Shown piece after piece: positions 62,753 through 64,000 of a stretch of 64,000 nt of DNA. The notes under the pieces were generated by a model. That model had not been told where the DNA came from. It was given only the letters and a program-made list of their open reading frames with translations, and searched no databases. Origin of the DNA: Alphaproteobacteria bacterium (GTDB lineage Bacteria; Pseudomonadota; Alphaproteobacteria; UBA828); assembly GCA_963422645.2 (NCBI GenBank), contig CAXXVO010000007.1:352001-416000 (forward strand). The letters run 5' to 3'. The number at the start of each line of letters is the position of its first letter. Position 1 is the stretch's first letter. Position numbers and translations under genes: made by a program.

Positions 62753-63751
62753 TCATCCCGCACTTCCGTTGATGGCGGCAGGGGATTGCGGCTCCCGGTG
62801 CGCCTCGGCGGCTGCGAGGCGATAGCCACCCCTGGGCGCCCGTTCGATGCGCCCCTCCCTGGTGAGGCTCTCGATGGCGGCAACGACGGTGGCGTTGCGG
62901 GCAGCGGCGCGTGAGCGGATCTGGGCTTTCGAGAGCGGCTTTTCGGCCTGCTCGATCGCCTTGAAGACGCGCTGCTCGACGGTGGCGGGCTCGTGCCTGT
63001 CTTCATCTGCCGCGTCCTGGTGCAGACGGAAGGCCGGCCCATGTCCGCCGTCGACGAGTTCCAGCTCGATGTCGTTGAGGCCCCGGGCGTCGCGCTGCTC
63101 GACCGTCATGACGATCTTCTTGTCGCGCCGGCGCAGGTACAGATTTGAGTCACCCCAAGCGTGCAGCTCGCTGCTCCCGCGCAGGGCCTGCCCCGGCCGG
63201 GTGCCGCCGCTCTTGCGGGCGTGGTGGACGAGGAGGACGGCGGTTTCGAAGCGGCGCTGCAGTTCGCGCAGGAAGCCGAGGATGGGGGCGATCTCTGCGA
63301 CGGCGTTCTCGTCGACGCTGTGCAGGCGGACCAGGGGATCGAGGATCAGGAGGCGCGGTTCGATGCGCTCCACGGTCTGCTGCAGGCGTTGACGGTCGCC
63401 GGGCCGGTCGAGACGCAGGGTGGGCACGTCGATGACGGCGATGTCGAGTTCGTCGAAGGGGGTGGCGGCGGCGCGGGCGATCCCCTGCAGACGCTTGCGC
63501 ACCCTGTGGCCGGCGTCCTCGGCGGCGAAGAGCAGCACGGTGCCGCTTGCGCTGGGGCGGTAGTGGCGCAGGCATGGGACGCCGGTGGCCACGGCGACGG
63601 CGAGATCGAGCGCGAGCAGGGATTTGCCGCACTTGGGCTCGCCGCCGACGATGCCCACGGCCTGCTCGGCCCACAGCGTGTCCACCATCCACTGTTGCGC
63701 CCGGGGGCGATCCTCGAGCTGCATCGGCGCCCGTGTCGGGAAGCCCTTCAC
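62753..63751 (-). CDS. AAA_25 / RepA-like helicase with C-terminal wHTH
   Basis: GGEPKCGKS, AAED, LILDPLVRLH..DEN, LVHHARK, LRGSSELHAWGDS. Confidence 0.88.
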   Translation of the reverse strand: MKGFPTRAPMQLEDRPRAQQWMVDTLWAEQAVGIVGGEPKCGKSLLALDLAVAVATGVPCLRHYRPSASGTVLLFAAEDAGHRVRKRLQGIARAAATPFDELDIAVIDVPTLRLDRPGDRQRLQQTVERIEPRLLILDPLVRLHSVDENAVAEIAPILGFLRELQRRFETAVLLVHHARKSGGTRPGQALRGSSELHAWGDSNLYLRRRDKKIVMTVEQRDARGLNDIELELVDGGHGPAFRLHQDAADEDRHEPATVEQRVFKAIEQAEKPLSKAQIRSRAAARNATVVAAIESLTREGRIERAPRGGYRLAAAEAHREPQSPAAINGSAG

Positions 63752-64000
63752 CGCCGTGCCCTCTTCGGCTTGGCGGGCTCGCCCAGGATCTCCATGAAGA
63801 GCTTCTCGTCGAGAACCTCGCGGTTCTTCTCGGCGCCGGCGGCGAGCAGCATGTCGCCCATGACGGTAAGCGCCCTGGGGTTGCCGCCGGCGTGGGTGAC
63901 CAGGGTGTCCTTGAGCTCTGCGCTCATGAGGCCCGGATTGCCGCCCTGCTCGACCAGATGGTCGAGCAGGGCCGCGAGGTCGCCGGCGTCTGCCTGGGTC
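63748..64000 (-). CDS. ExeA-family AAA ATPase, C-terminal part (runs off the window; absent from the ORF track)
   Basis: Manual translation: ...LAALLDHLVEQGGNPGLMSAELKDTLVTHAGGNPRALTVMGDMLLAAG..LDEKLFMEI...; GTGA overlap with the helicase start. Confidence 0.75.
   Translation of the reverse strand, partial: TQADAGDLAALLDHLVEQGGNPGLMSAELKDTLVTHAGGNPRALTVMGDMLLAAGAEKNREVLDEKLFMEILGEPAKPKRARR

Larger units (their letters stand above)
61682..64000 (-). mobile_element. End of a putative transposon-like element with ExeA-like ATPase, helicase and primase genes
   Basis: Begins with TG exactly where the IstA fragment breaks; ATTTGATG occurs twice near the end; three co-oriented genes. Confidence 0.55.

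Overview
High-GC bacterial window, probably alphaproteobacterial (ppiD/tpiA-secG-pyrG-kdsA order, clade I nosRZDFYLX, alphaproteobacterial-type REP element), with a mobile region at each end. Left (1-10.3 kb): the tail end of a prophage (TipJ-like protein with a (PT)18 linker, a 2OG-Fe(II) oxygenase, a small tail-associated gene). It ends at a Mu-like terminus (two 21-bp direct repeats then ...TACA at 4714) inside an IS1595-family transposase gene. Next come a HicB/HicA-like pair, a strongly folded non-coding stretch, and a tandem IS pair (an in-frame internally deleted copy and a full-length copy joined by a 3-bp spacer). Middle (10-58 kb): catabolic genes, including LLM monooxygenases, a cyclase-CobW-amidase operon with two N-carbamoylsarcosine amidase-like paralogs, an orphan prm-type amidohydrolase/DUF59 pair, a GcvT-family dehydrogenase and several hydrolases. 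Also here are a low-GC methyltransferase islet, metY, housekeeping genes, IS4 and IS5 insertions with target duplications, vapBC and a complete nos cluster with an FNR-type box. Right (58.5-64 kb): a truncated integrase, a complete IS21, a remnant of another IS21, and the end of an element encoding an ExeA-like ATPase, an AAA_25 helicase and a DUF3991/Toprim primase with inverted GGGAAC repeats. All calls come from reading motifs by eye; no database searches were run.
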